Part shown: in pieces, positions 12,690 through 27,214 of the stretch
Numbering within the stretch: position 1 is the stretch's first letter
Layout of the letters: every line of letters begins with the position of its first letter
Program-made: the position numbers and the translations under genes
The notes under the pieces: model-generated
Databases searched by the model: none
What the model was told of the DNA's origin: nothing
What the model saw: only the letters and a program-made list of their open reading frames with translations
NCBI RefSeq assembly: GCF_004010195.1
Contig: NC_057718.1
Coordinates: forward strand, 19,734,815 to 19,798,814
Length of the DNA stretch: 64,000 nt
Direction of reading: 5' to 3'
DNA from: Chiloscyllium plagiosum
Taxonomy: Eukaryota

Positions 12690-12948
12690 TGTAATGTGAC
12701 AGGATTAGTAAATGTTATGCCCAAGGGACGTCAGTTCAAATCCCACCATGGCAGCTGGTGGAATTTAAATTAAAATGAATAAATCTGGAATTGAAAGCTA
12801 GTCTCAGTAATCCTGACCTTCAACAATGGTCGTTAAAATGCCATCTGGTTCAATCATGTCCTTTAGGAAAGAAAATCTGTCATCCTTACCTAGTCTGGTC
12901 TACACCTGACTCCAGACCCAGAGCAATGCGGTTGACTCTTAACTGCCT
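12690..12948 (+). mobile_element. tRNA-derived SINE (second family)
   Basis: B-box gttcaaatccc and body ccatctggttca...ggaaagaaaatctg, shared with 41545-42010. Confidence 0.65.
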
Positions 12949-13243
12949 GGGGCAGCACGGTGGCCCAGTGGTTAGCACTGCTGCTTCACAGCAGCAGGGG
13001 CCCAGGTTCGATTCCAGCCTCGGGTGACTATCTGTGTGGAATTTGCACATTCTCCCAGTGTCTGCGTGGGTTTCCTCCCACAGTCCAAAGATGTGCAGGC
13101 AAGGTGAATTGGCCATGCTAAATTGCCCAAAGTGTTAGATGCATCATTCAGAGGGAAATGGGTCTGGGTAGGTTACTCTTTGGAGGGTCAGTGTGGACTT
13201 GTTGGGCCGAAGGGCCTGTTTCCAAACTGTAGGGAACCTAACC
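12949..13243 (+). mobile_element. HE1-like (V-SINE) tRNA-derived SINE
   Basis: A-box tggcccagtggtt, B-box ggttcgattcc, central gcacattctccc..tgtctgcgtgggtttcctcccacagtccaaagatgtgca, and a CR1-like tail gggccgaagggcctgtttcc. Confidence 0.85.
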
Positions 13244-13329
13244 GTGACAAAGTTTAGGATTAGTGCCTCATTGGTCAGACAAAACAGCAGTCAGTGCACT
13301 ATTGGATTATGAGAGATAGATCTTGACTT

Positions 13330-14340
13330 GATGCAAGATAGGAAGATGGTCAATGGTTGGTTGAGGTCAGCCATCTCAGCTCCAGGACATCTCAGCAGGA
13401 ATTCCGCCCAATAGTGTCCTATGCCCAACCATCTTTAGCTGCTTCATCAATGACCTTTCCTCCATCATAATGTCAGAAGTGGCGATGTTTGCTGATGATT
13501 ACACAATGTTCAGCACCATTTGCAACTCCTCAAAAAATGAAGCAGTGTATGTTCAAATTCAACACGATCTGGACAATATGTAGGCTTGAACTGACAAATA
13601 GCAAGTAACATTCATGTCACACAAATGCTACGCAATGACCATCTTCAATAAGAGATGATTTAACCACCACCCCTTGACATTTAATGGTGTTACCATCACA
13701 GAAACCCCCATTATCAACATTCTGGGGGTTACTATTGACCAGAAACTTAACTGGACTCACCACATAAATACAGTGGCTACAAGAGCAGGTCAGAGGTTAG
13801 GAATACTGTGATGAGTATCACATTTCCTGGCTCCCCAAAGCCCGTCAACCATCTACAAGGCATGTGTCAGGAGTGTGATAGAGTACTTCCCACTCGCATG
13901 AATGGGTGCAGCTCCAACAACATCGAAGAACGTTGACACCATCCAGAAGAAAGCAACATCCACAAGCATCTACTCCCTCCACCACCAACATTCAGTGTGT
14001 ACTACCTACAATATGCACTACAGAAATTCACTAAAGATCCTTAGACAGCACCTTCCAAACTCACAAGACTTCCATTACGAACAACAAGGGTAGCAGATAC
14101 ATGGAAATACCACCACCTGCAAGTTTCTCTCCAAGCCATTCACCATCCAGACTGGAAATAGTTCAGTTTTTTCACTGTCACTCGGTCACTGGAATCCCCT
14201 CCCTAATGGCATTCTGGGACAACCTACAGCTGTGGACTCCAGAGGTTCAAAAAGGCAGCTCAACACTACATTCTCAAGGTCAACTAGGGACGGAAATAAA
14301 TGGTCAGCCAGTGACACTCACACCCCATGTGTGAATAAAA
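13330..14340 (+). mobile_element. CR1-clade LINE (second family), RT and 3' end
   Basis: atgtttgctgatgat reads MFADD, preceded by a SVL.PTIFSCFIND segment. The same family occurs on the minus strand at 27215-27845. Confidence 0.75.
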
Positions 14341-14529
14341 ATACACAGTTTTGTGCAGCCCTCTTGAGTAGTATTTCCAATTACTTTTAAGTTCATTACA
14401 GGTCATTCCACTACCCATGTGTTTCCTTCCCCATTTTGTTTCTATTCCTTTGAAATTCTGCTCATCTGTAATTTTCAATTTCTGAAGGGTGATATGCCTG
14501 AACTATTCGCTTCCATTCAGATAAACACA

Positions 14530-14845
14530 ACAGCTAGGAGATGGAACAGGCAATTTGGCCCCATCAGCCCGTTCCACCTTAAACAGTTGATCTCACCTCA
14601 GCTTCAACTCCACTTTCCCCATAACCCTTCAACCCATTACTAATTAAAGGTCTGGCTACTTCCTCAAATTTATTTGGTGTCCCGGCATCCACCGCGCTCC
14701 ACGGTAGTGAATTCCACAGATTTACAACCTTTTGACAGAAGTAATTCCTCTTCATCGCTCTTTTAAATCCTCCCCTTAGCCTAAAACTATGACCTCTTGT
14801 TCTAGATTTTTCTACAAGGGGAAACATCTGCTCTATGACCACTGA
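14530..14845 (-). mobile_element. CR1 LINE 3' end
   Basis: ORF 14579..14857 contains SRTRGHSFRLRG...NYFCQKVVNLWNSLP. Confidence 0.85.
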
Positions 14846-16127
14846 TGACATTTTCACCCAACCTTTGGAACTTCTAGCCTTTCACCTCTGGAATTTATGT
14901 AGTGAACCTTTTCTGAGCTGTCTCCAAAGAAATTACATCCTACCTCAAGAAAAAGGACCAAACTGCATATGTTCCAGTATAATACTAAAGTACTGTACAT
15001 ACTGAAAACCTGAAAGAAAAACAAAGTGCTGGAGAAACCCGACAGCATCAATGGAAAATGAAACAGAGTTAACATGGAGTTCAAAATGACTCACTGAACT
15101 TGAAATATTAAATCTGGTTCACTTCCATTCATATGTTGGTAGACCAGCATTTTGTCCTGGACGACGTCTCACAATGAGGTGTCACTGGGGGACAAATGCC
15201 ATTTTGAACATTAAAAATAACATTTTTTCATATTAGACGTTAATTCATAACTCCTGGATTCAAAACAGACTCATCAACATTCAATGGGCACTTTTGGCAG
15301 GATATGAGTTTAACACAATGTTCTTGAAGTGACGCCAGTAATTATGCAAATATGGAATGGAAGTTCTACCATGCTGAGCTCTTAAATAAATCCAGAAGGT
15401 GGCACTTATAAATCCGGTTATAAACAATAAAATCTTTCAACTTATTGGAGGCACGAGTATGCTCTTGAAGATACCTATACAGGTTTGGGCTAAGTTTAAT
15501 GAAATACTCCATGGAATAGAAAATGTGATGAAAAAGAAAATCTTTCAGAAACTTGCTAGTTTGTCACTCAAAATTCTATGTTAATAGATTTACAACTTAG
15601 CATCCTGGGAAATGGGTACTGATCCCAACACATTCTTTTCCAAAAAAAACCTCCAAAAATAAAGAAGAATACCAGCTCATTTAAGGTAAACTAAAATGAA
15701 TCCATCAGTTTTTTTTCCCACAAGAGAACAGAATACTTTTTTTTCCGCAGTTCTGCTGTGCAACTCCTTTTATAATGAATTTATAATGACTAAGTGTCTT
15801 TGATGAAATATCCTGAAGTTGTTGAGATTTTTGTCAATTTCACTTCTGAAATATTTTTCTACATCTCCGGTTCTATGTTGATGCAGCCTGTTGAGATGAT
15901 ATAACTCTTGTCAATGAACACATGAAAAACAACTTCACCTCCATATTCTTCCCTCACATTGACATTTCCACAAATAGAATTCTGAAGTACAACTTGCCTT
16001 TACATAGCACTTTTAATGGCACACGTTTCACACAAGTATTATGAAACAAAATTTGACACCCAGTTGCATAAAGAAATATTAGGGCAGGTGACTAAGAACT
16101 TAGTCAAAGAGATAGGGTTTAAAGGGC

Positions 16128-18845
16128 AATGTTGCAGATTCCGGGATGCAGATGTTTCAGCAAGAACAGACATGATGATAAAGGTTGGCGGTGGGGGGGG
16201 GCGGGAGAAGAGAGAGAGGAGGAGTGTGGCATTGTTAATCAAGGGTGGTATTACAGCAGTTGAGAGAACGTTTGAGGACTCATCCACTGAGACAGTTTGG
16301 GCTGAGGTTAGGAACAGGAAAGGAGAGGTCACCCTGTTGGGAGTTTTCTATAAGCCTCTGAATTGTTTCAGGGATGTCGAGAAAAGGATAGCAATGACGA
16401 TTCTCGATAGGAGCGAGAGTAACAGGGTAGTTGGGTAGTAACGGGGGACTTTAACTTTTCCAATATTGACTGGGAATAATATAGTTCAAGTAGTTTAGGT
16501 GGGTCAGTTTTTGTTCAATGTGTGCAGGAGGATTTTCTGACACTGTATGGAGACAGGCCAACAAGATGCCATATTGGATTTGGTACTGGGGAATGAACCC
16601 GGCCAGGTGTTAGATTTGGAAGTAGGTGAGCACTTGGCGATAGTGACCATAATTTGGTTATGTTTACAAGAGCAATGGACAGGGATAGGTATATACTGCA
16701 GGGAAAGAAGTACAACAGTGGGAAAGGCAATTATGATGTGATTAGGCAAGATTTAGGATACATATGGTGGGGAAGGAAACTGCAGGGGATGGACACACTT
16801 GAAATGCGGAGCTTATTCAAGGAATAGCTACTGCAGATCCTTGATAAGTGTATTCCTATCAGGCAGAGAGGTAGTTGTTGAGAGAGGGAGCCATGGTTTA
16901 CGAAAGAAGTTGAAGCTCTTGTCAAGAGGAAGATAATGATGTGAGGATGAGGCGTGAAGGCTCAGTTAGGGGGCTTGAGAGTTCTATGTTAGCCAGAAAA
17001 GATCTAAAGAGAGGGCTAAGAAGAGCCAGGAGAGGACATGAGAAGTTGTTGGTGGATAGGATCAAGAAAAACCCTAAGGTCTTCTATAGGTATATCAGGA
17101 ATAACGGAATGACTAGAGTAAGATTAGAGCCAAAGATTGTAGTGGAAAGATGTGTGTGAAAACTGAGGACATAGGGGAAGCGCTTAATGAATACTTATCG
17201 TCAGTATTTGTTTTGGAAAAGGGCAATGTTAGTGAGAATACGGAGATACAGGCTACAAGATTAGATGGGATTGAGGTTGACAAAGAGGAGGTTCTAAGAT
17301 CTGAAAATAGATAAGACCCCTGGATTCGGATGGGATTTATCCTCGGATTCTCTGGGAAGCCAGGGAGGAGATTGCAGAGCCTTTGGCTTCGATCTTTATG
17401 TCATCATTGTCGATAGAAGTAGTACCAGAAGACTGGAGGCTAGCAAATGTTGCTCCCTTGTTCAAGAAGGGAAATCAGGACAACCCTGGTAATTACAGAC
17501 CAGTGAGCCTTACTTCGGTTGTGGGTAAGGTGTTGGAAAAGATTCTAAGAGATAGGATTTATAATCATCTAGAAAGGAATAATTTGATTAGGGATAGTCA
17601 ACACAGTTTTGTGAAGGGTAGGTCATGCCTCACTAAACTTATTGAGTTCTTTGAGAAGGTGACAAAAGAGGTGGATGAAGGTAAAGCAGTTGACAAGGTT
17701 TATTTGGACTTCTGTAAGGCATTTGATAATGTTTCACACGGTAGACTATTGCACAAAATACGTGGTTTCGGGATTGAAGGTGATTTAGCGGTTTGGATCA
17801 GAAATTAGCTCGCTGAAAGACAACAAAGGGTGGTGGTTGATGGGAAATGTTCATCCTGGAGCTCAGTTACCAGTGGTGCGCCGCAAGGATCTGTTTTGGG
17901 GCCAGTGCTGTTTGTCATTTTTATAAATGATCTGGATGTGGGCACAGAAGGATGGATTAGTAAATTTGCAGATCACCCTAAGGTAGGGTAGTGGATAGTA
18001 CCGAAGGATGTTGTGGGTTACAGAGGGACATAGATAAGATGCAGAGCTAGCTGAGAAATGGCAAATAGAGTTTAATGCGGAAAAGTGTGAGGTAGTTCAC
18101 TTCGGAAGATATAACAGGAATGCAGAGTACTGGGCTAATAGTAAAATTCTTGGCAATGTAGATGAACAGAGAGATCTCGGCGTCCTGGTGCATAAGTCCA
18201 TGAAAGTTGCCACCCAGCTTGACAGGGTTGTCAAGAATGCATATGGTGTGTTGGCATTTATTGGCAGGGGGATTGAGTTTCGGAGCCACGAGGTCATGCT
18301 TCAGCTGTACAAGACACTGGTAAGGCCACACCTGGAGTATTGCATGCAGTCTGGTCACCACATTATAGGGAGGATGTGGAAGCTTTAGAAAAGGTCCAGA
18401 GGAGATTTCCTAGCATGTTAGCTGGTATGGAAGGAAGGTCTTATGACAAAAGGCTGAGGGAACTGAGGCTGTTTTTGTTGGAGGGAAGAAGGTTGAGAGG
18501 TGACTTAATCGAGATATATAAGATAATCAGAGGGTTAGATAGGTTGGACAGTGCGAGCCTTTTTCTTTGGACGGTGAAGGCTAACATGAGGGGACATAGC
18601 TTTAAATTGAGGGGTGATTGATTTAGGACAGATATTAGCGGTAGTTTCAACACTCAGAGAGTAGTAGGGCGTAGAACGGCCTGCCTGCAATAGTAATAGA
18701 CTTGCCGACATTAAGGGCATTTAAATAGGCATTGGACATACATATGGATAATAATTGAACTGTGTAGGTTAGATGGGCATCAGATTATTTTCACAGGTTG
18801 GCACGCAACATCGAGGGTTGAAGGGCCTGTACTGCACTATGTTCT
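16128..18845 (+). mobile_element. CR1 LINE, about 2.7 kb (endonuclease part, RT, 3' UTR), frameshifted, inside an L2-like 3' end
   Basis: ORFs 16016..16438, 16941..17159, 17383..17808 (NYRPVSLTSVVGK...YLDFCKAFD), 18188..18388 and 18340..18621. Confidence 0.95.
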
Positions 18846-20469
18846 AAAAGAGGAGGAGTACAAAGGGATTTGAGGGCGTAAATTTCAGCCAAGGATGCAG
18901 CTGCAAATGGCGAAGTGAGAGAGCCCAAGGCTGGAATTGGAGATATTGTTAATCACCATGTTCAAATATGCTCTGACACAACTAGTGCGAAGGTGGGACT
19001 TGACCATGAACTGTACAGGTCTGACGGTTGTCAGGGTGAAGTGGAAAAAAAAGTGTTGAATCAAACAGTAGCAGTGATTACCAATCTGTAGAGGACTACT
19101 TATAATGGAATGACTATTTACAACTGGTGTTATAACAGATATTTTTAACCAAATAGATTACTGATATACACATATTAGATTTAAGAGTCTACATAAAACA
19201 ACTGTGCATTTATCAGGGACCAACTGAAGTTACTTATTAATCCTTATCCTGCTAAATAAACTGATTAATCTATTGAGGTATAGTTTTAAGGTTAAAGGAG
19301 TAGGAGAAGCTGACATAAATCAAGTAGTGGTTAAGTAACGTGATGGCAAGGCTTTAAAGGTCTGTGGTCCACAGTAACTGATGGACTGAAACAGGATTTA
19401 AAAAAAGGACAAGGAGTTTCATAGCTACAAAACTTAATTATTTTAGAGTATCATTAATCCGTGTGAGCAAGTCTAACAAAAAAAATTTGCACAATATGCA
19501 GCATACTACATCTCGCTCCAGAAGAAAATTTACTTTACATGAAATTAAACTAACAGGCATTCTCTCTTTGGAAAAACAGTTTAGATTGGAAGGGGGAAGT
19601 GATGTTGGAATTTTTAACTCTTGATGCTCTGCCTCTCATCTGGGTAATAAGCAATCTGAGAGAAAAAGCTGCACCCAGTTGTTCACATGATCCAAGTGAC
19701 AGACAGGCCTCTTAACAGCTGCTCGGCATCCCCACTTAACATTGAGAGGAGGGTAACCAAGTATGTAAACCAGGGTCGTGCTTGAGCTTGCAAAGTAAAC
19801 CCTCATCCTGGTTTTTACAATTCATGAGAGGCTTGAAGGAATGCACGCTGAAGGGATGTTCCAGGAGGGAGGGTATTAGGTTCCTTGGGCACTAGGACCA
19901 GTTCTTCGTAGACAGGACCTGTGCAGTATTCACCAGAGCCAAATCCCTTGAGGTGCAATTTGCTGTCTACAATGTATTTTAGGGAAGGGAACCAGGGGAT
20001 ACTACCAGAAAGGATAAATAAAAATGTACAAAGTACTGAGAGAGACATATAGCTCTCAAAAATGAAATAGTAAGTTCTTAGATAGGAATAGAGTTCCGGG
20101 AAATCAACAAGATCTAATTTGGGCAGACAGTGAAGATATAATGATGCACATTACAGGGTAAAATAGATTGATGAGCTGTAGATGCAGGTAATGATAGAAG
20201 AATGCGATTCTGTGGTCAACAATGGAGACCTGGCTCAACATACTCCATCACTGGTTATTATCACAGAATTTATGACAGAATTGTCATAATTTGGTCCATC
20301 ATTTCTGTCCTGGGTATTACATATTTCTGGATACATTATGCTCAGGCAAGATTGGGAAGGAAAGAAATGAGGGGTGGCAGCATAATGAGAAAATTACCCT
20401 ATTGGCTTTCCTCCAAGAGAGGCAAGAACAATTTTTCTTTTGGGTAGTAGCAAGTAGTAGTTTAGTTAA

Positions 20470-21940
20470 TGATAAGAAATGAGGATAGGTCACCAAATGA
20501 TGGAAAAGAGATAAAAGAGCAAAACAGGGAGAAGAGTTTGTGAAGTGTGTTCAAGAGAATTTTCTTGATAAGTACATTTCAGCTCACTAAGGAAGAAGGC
20601 ATGGCTGGAGCAAGTTCTGAGGAAAAATATGGATTTTAGGAACCTAGTGTCAGTAAGGGCACAGTCAATTTAGTATTAGAATGCTCGGTTTGACCTTGGA
20701 AAAGGACAGGGAATAATCTGGAGCAGAAATACTTAATTAAAAGAGGGTTAATTACATTGGGGTAAGAACAGACCAGATCAATCAGAATCAAAGACCTCAA
20801 GGCAAAATGTAACACAAAAATATTTTTCTAATGATATGGCTTGGCTATAGCCAAGGTATAATCACACAAAGGTGAAAGGGAGAATTAGTAAAGCCAAGGT
20901 TTCCTGGATGATAATCGAAATAGAGAGAAAGACGAAAAAGAAAAAGAACAGATTTATTATATACACGAGAACCTAGTCATGTATAAAACGGACAGAAGGA
21001 AAGTAAAATGGATAAAGGATAGGAAGGAGTATGAGAGGAGACTGGTGACCAACATAAAAGGAAATTCAGAAGTCTTCTGTCGGTGTATAGGTAATAAAAG
21101 TATCGTGAGAAAAGGATTGGGGCAACCAGGGAACAAAAAGTGGACCTGTGCATGGAGACATGGGTCATGTCTGACGCATTAAATGATCACGTGGCAACTT
21201 GCCATCCTCATGAAGATAATACTGCTGAAGTCACAGGGTAAGGAGATTGAGACGCTGAATGGCCTGAAAATAGATGTAAAACAGGTATTTAAACATCACC
21301 AGGGTCAGCTGTGATGCCTTTGATGATGTAGAGGGAAGAAAGGGAGGAAACTGCACTGGTACTAGTCATAATCTTCCTTGGATTCACAGGTGGTGTTAGA
21401 GGAGAATGGCAAATCTTTGTTCAAAAACAAATTTACCCAGAAACAAGCAGCCACTCAATTCAACTCCGTAGAAGGAACGCTTTTAGCATCTATAATCTGG
21501 GATTAAATTAAGTTGCTTGAACAAATGCAGATTAAGTAAGGAAAGTTTGCATGGAACTATTGAAGGTAAGTTGTGTTTAACAAACTAACTTAATGACATA
21601 ACAAAGATGGTTGTAGAGGGTAATGCCATTGATGTGCTGTTAAAGTGACATATGTTTGTCAGCAATGTTGAGGTCCATGAAATAAAATGGACAGTCACAG
21701 CAGAGGTGAGAAGTTGGGGGTGTGACAGGAAACAGAGTAGCGACGAATGGTTCTTTCTTGGAATGGACGCAGTTACACAATAGAGTTCTCTTTGGTTATT
21801 AACAGGATCATTGCTTTTCTTGAAATGACCCAGGCATGGGTACAATTTCAAAATCTGCAGAGGACACAAAAGTTGTAAGTATTGTGAACTGTGAAGAGGA
21901 TAGTGATAGTCTTCATGAGAATATCGGCTAGTGCTAAGTA
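20470..21940 (+). mobile_element. Old, heavily decayed CR1 ORF2
   Basis: Segments such as EFVKCVQENFLDKY and RKEYERRLVTNIKGNSEVFCRCI (ORF 20979..21182). Confidence 0.65.
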
Positions 21941-22642
21941 GCAGCTGAAATTACAGCCTATTTGTACAACCTACATAACCCAAAAGCTTGGTTTCATGCA
22001 GAAGCTATCCCTTTTTCCATTTCTGTCAAGCACGTGAAGTAAAATCTTAACCTGTTCAAACTTGAAAATAGTTCGCAGTTAAATTTTGTTCCATACCAAT
22101 AATCTACAACACCTCATCATCACAGCCCCATCGCTCAATCACATCTTTACTCCCAAACATCATATGTTCTCCCTCCTTGTTATGTTCAATCCACTGAAGA
22201 GCCTCACATCCTACCTTTCTAATCCAGGCACAATAGATCAGCTTTCTTATTTTTCATATTGAACAGTTTCCACTTCAGCTGCGTGCATGTGGTATGGGAG
22301 GCCCTCTGTCTGACACAAGGCAACAAGCAATCATCTGTAACTGTGAACTACAGTGTAGCTCAATTATCCAAAGTGTTTAGCATTAGACTCAACAATTTAC
22401 ATTGCGTTGATATCCAGTGGGTCTGAGTGATTGCAGGCAGTGGACCTATTGGCTCGGAAGAAACACAGACTACACAAATCAACCAGGAAATTGCAGTATT
22501 GACTGAAAATTACTGGCAGGTGTGAAATGACATATTAAAAGTATGCAGGTTTCAATGCAGATACCTCCCTCCAACATAATTCAAAACCCATTTTATTATC
22601 CCACACAACATTAAGCTCAACAAGAGAAGGTGAGCTCCCCAC

Positions 22643-22870
22643 CTGTAAGCAGTTAATCTGCACTGATCGCTCAAAGCATTCCACACATTGTCTGAGCTCA
22701 TGGTTACGGAGGTGTAGCATCCCTTTGGAGCGCTGAGCACGGGCACTGCGATAATTGGACAGTTCCCAGGCCTTGTCGTAGTACTGGTGGTCATTCAGCA
22801 CATCTCCCAAGAGGCAGTACAAAGTAGGTGTCTCTTTCTTCTCCAGCTCTCTGCGAAGAACCTCTTCTGC
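22643..22870 (-). CDS. TTC27: TTC27 coding exon (about exon 13), 228 nt, TPR region
   Basis: Acceptor catttttcag, donor CAG|gtgggg. Translates [76 protein letters not shown] (overlaps ORF 22535..22822). Confidence 0.96.
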
Positions 22871-25734
22871 CTGAAAAATGACCAGAGGATGAAATCAAAC
22901 CCTGGACAAATCCAGCAGGTTCAGCAACACAGGTGGGTGCTCATTCTCCACTGTGTGCTTTTCCTTAGTGTTGTAATTCACAAGTGTGCTTTCATCAACA
23001 AAATTAACTCATTAAAGATATAATAAGCATGCTTTTTGGCATACTGTACCTTATCTGTGTTATACTAGGTATGGGAGAATCATAGAACACTGAAGGTGGA
23101 CGTTCGGTTCATCAGATTTGTGCTGGCTCTTTGAACAAGCTCTCCAATTAGTCACGAAGTCCAACTCTTTCAGTGTCTGTGTAAACGCTTTCTTTTAGAA
23201 TCATAGAAAGTTTACAGCACAAAGGAGTCCACTTGGTCTATAGAGTCTACACCAGCCCAAAACAAAAGAATCACTTAGTCTAATCTCATTTCCAGCATTG
23301 ATTTCATAGACCCGTAGGTATAGTAATTGATATATCTCATAAATGAGTCAAAGGTTTCTGCTTCTATTTCTGGCAGCAAGTTCAAGGCCCCTACCATCCT
23401 CTGAGCGAAAAACATCTTCCTCATCAGCCTTTAATCTTTCTACCAATTACCTTTAATCTTGTAGCTGCAAAAGGAAACAAGCCTTTCCCTTTCTTTCCAG
23501 GTCACACTCAATTTTGTACATCTCAATCAAATCTTGCCTCACTGTCCCAATCAGTAAAGTCTAGTCTGTCCTAACTTTCGAGTATGCTTCTCAAGGATTT
23601 GTCCAATTCACTAGAAAGTTACTAGTGAATCTACTTACACTGCCCTTTCAACTAGCACATTTCAAATCATAATTTGTGCACACTCATTTCTCATCTTTCT
23701 TGTTCTTTTTTGCAAATTACTTTAAATATTTCACCTCTGGTTACAGATATTCCTGTGATCAATGCTACATCTATCAAAACACCTCATAATTTTTAACAGA
23801 TCTATTAAATTTCCCCTTGACCTTCCAGTTTGAAAGAGAAAGATCTTAGTTTCTTTAGTCTGTCCACAGAAATAAAATCTTTTACCCTCAGTTAATTCTT
23901 TCACTGTTGTGCAGCCCTTAGTGTTACCTTGCATCACTATCAAAGCCTTCACTGATCTTATGACCTACCAATAGGCTTGTTACTCCCAGAGCACAAGTGA
24001 AATGAAACTCCTTGCAATTTTTTTTTCCCCCTTTCACAGAACTACCGAAGCCATGACTGTTTGAACCTTTGGGCAATCACCCTCAAGCAACAATAATTGT
24101 TCTGCAATTTATTCTTGGCTGTAATGAATTAAGTTTTGACAACCAGAGCATCAAGCTAAAGATTTTTTTGTACACAAAGTTACAGTAAAAAAAAGTACTT
24201 TGTGAGGTAGCATGGAAAATAACGATTTAAAAGGTATTAAATATATTTTGCGGCTGTGGCTTTCAAAGGTCATACTGAATAGTCCTCAATCATGGAAACA
24301 TATTGTTTGAGCCCCTTTTCCCTTGCTCCATGGTAGAATGCTTCAACAGGGAAGTAAAGCCTGGTATAATCAATAAACAAAATAAATTGGCTCCTTATGA
24401 ACTGGCATAGTTATGTATGATCACTCAAACTCTGGCACTAGGTCACAGAGAGTTAGTGCCAATATCAATATCATAAGCTAATTTCCACATCCAGTGATTA
24501 AGCAGTAGAATAAAAAGCTACAGTGTACTATACTACCAGACACACATGTTCATTCTGAGCTAGGGGACCAACCATGGCGCCATGTGGAAATCGAGTGTCT
24601 CAATTTGTGTGGTTAAAAAATATTGCAACTTCTGTCAGTCTAGCTGTTCAACATGTTCTTCTCATCAGCTCAGCTTGGGTAAGCCCTGCTAGTGCTAAAT
24701 AATTGGCATTTCCCTTATCCTCGAACCTCCGACCAAACTAATACCCCAATCTTCAATGCAACTGTGTGGGAAAATATAGCTTTATCAAGAGAAAACTTTT
24801 TTTTAAATAAAAAAAAAAGTGGATAGGAAACATTGAGCAGTCAAAAATGATGAAAGCAAAAGAGATTGGAAATTAATTCCATTTTTAATTCTTGATTATA
24901 AATCAGCACCAATTGTTTTCAAGAACCAAGAATATTTTTATTCTCAACAGTCTTTCTCCCCTCACTAAAATGATCATTACTCATCGGTGGATCCTGATGA
25001 TGTATTAAGCAGGAGTGTCAGCAGCGTCAGTGAAGCTTAATCCATCTATCATTCAATATCATAAAAGGTCACTTGAAATACAATTGGAGTGGGAAACTAA
25101 CTGATTTGGTTTAATTAATCCAGAGGTGCTAAGGAAAATTGTAACCACAAATCTGCCTCCATATCCTGACTCAATTATTGAACCTGGATTGGGGATCTGC
25201 AACCTGGAGCATTTCTGTTTTCTGCTTTGTGAGCCACTTAGAGAGCTCCTTTTAAAACAAACAGTAGTGATACTGTGCTCAACCAAAATAAGAGTAAGAG
25301 ATTCAGATGATGAACATTAACTCAATAATCAAATAAATCAAGAACCAGCAGTGTGTTTAAACAATGTATAATACTCGAAACCTCAATCTATTTCTTATTA
25401 CTGAATTGAACTATGAGAAGTAATACCTAGCATACTAAAAATTATCTGCCAACCTGGAGAAGCCACATCATAGGGTTACATACATGCTATAGTCAGAACT
25501 ATGTGAGCCCATAATCAAAAACTCTGCAGTTCCACTGCATTGAATTGTGAATGGTGTTGGGTAACTAAATGGAGGAGGAAGCTCCACTAATACTCCCATC
25601 TTCGATGATGGGGGTATTAGTGGAGCACAGAACATCAATGCCAAAGGTATTTGTTATCATCTTTGGACAGAAGTACTAAATTGGATGGATAATCCATCCC
25701 AAGGTTCCTCCTCAATCCACAGCATCACAGAAAT

Positions 25735-26515
25735 AAGGCCATAAAACTGTGAGAAATAGGAACAGGAGAGGACCATTCAACCCCTCAAGCCTGCTTCGCC
25801 ATTCAAAAGGATCTTGGCTGATCTAACATTCCTCACATCCATTTTCCTGCATTTTTCCTATAACCTTTGATTCCTGTTCTGATCAAGAAACTATTTATCT
25901 CAGCCTTAAATATAACAAGGACTTTTCCCCCACGTCTCTGTGTGGCAAGGAGTGCCAAAGACTCTCAACCCTCTCAGACAAAAAACTCTTTCTCATCTCA
26001 GTCTTAAATGGTGCCCCTTAATTCTGATTCACTGCCCTCTGGTTCTAAACTCTCCCCTGAGGAGAAACACCCTCTCAACATTTACCCTGTCAAGCCCCCT
26101 AAAAATCCTTTGTTTCAATGAGATCACTTCCTGTTCTTCTAAACTCCAGTGAGTAGAGTCCCAACCTTTTAAGCCTTTGCTCTTAAGACAATCCCAGCGA
26201 ACCTACTCTGAACTGCCTGCAATTAAATAATATCTTTCCTTAAACAAAGCAACCAAAACTGTTTACAGTACTGCGGATATGGTCTCACAAGCACCTTATA
26301 CAGTTGCAGTAAGACTTCCCCACTCTTATACTCCAACCTCTTGAAATAAGGGCCAACATTCCTTTAGGCTTCCTGATTATCCGCTGCACCTGTGTTAGCT
26401 TACGTATTTCGGGCACAAGTACCCCCAAGTCCCTTTGTGTTGCAGCTTTCTGCAGTTCCTTTCCATTTAAATAAAACTCTGCTCCTCTGTTCTTCCCTTC
26501 AAAATGAACAACATA
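25735..26515 (-). mobile_element. CR1 LINE 3' part
   Basis: Reverse complement of a CR1 ORF2 C-terminus and tail. Confidence 0.8.
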
Positions 26516-26906
26516 TCACCCAATTTGGTCCACTCCATGTGACAAAGGAAATGAGGTGGCATAGTGGTAATGTTGCTGGACTAATATTCCAGACACTTAA
26601 GTTAATGCTTTGGGCAGGTTAGCCTTCTAAATACTATCTATGATTCCAGATTCATAGAAATGTAGTTAACTCTTGTCACCTGAAATGGCCGAGCAAGTCA
26701 CGCAAGAGCATTTCTTTTTGTTATTGATTCATATGATGTGACATCACTGATTGGCTACTTTTTATTACTGCACACGAGAGGTGGTGGTGAGCTGTCCCAA
26801 GACCCAAGGCTTTGACTTAGTGACACTGATGTTGCAGTGATAAGCTACGAGGTCAAGATGGTGTGTGTCTCAGTTGTGGGGGCGAGTTGGGTATTATGGT
26901 TTAGGG

Positions 26907-27192
26907 ATGGAAATGTGTTGCTGGAAAAGCGCAGCAGGTCAGGCAGCATCTAGGGAACAGGAGAATCGACGTTTCGGGCATTAGCCCTTCCTCAGCACCT
27001 GCCTACGTCATCTCCTCTGCACAGAAGCTCTTCAGCCACATTCTCAAACAGACTCGCTACCACAGCCACATCTCCTTCCTCAGCACCTGACTACGCCTGT
27101 TCCCTAGATGCTGCCTGACCTGCTGCGCTTTTCCAGCAACACATTTCCATCTCTGATCTCCAGCATCTGCAGACCTCACTTTCTCCTCAAAG
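26907..27192. mobile_element. Young fold-back PLE insertion with 14-bp TSD
   Basis: TSD attatggtttaggg at 26893-26906 and 27193-27206. Inverted arms and 42-nt tail match 42174-42363. An ORF-like fragment lies between the arms. Confidence 0.85.
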
Positions 27193-27214
27193 ATTATGGT
27201 TTAGGGGATAAAGA

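Noticed and set aside
12949..13025. tRNA gene (also 54178, 54457, 47040-47115)
   Set aside because: The A and B boxes belong to SINE heads that continue into SINE bodies, with no full cloverleaf.
16128..18845. Intact active LINE or host reverse transcriptase gene
   Set aside because: It is 5'-truncated with many stops and frameshifts.
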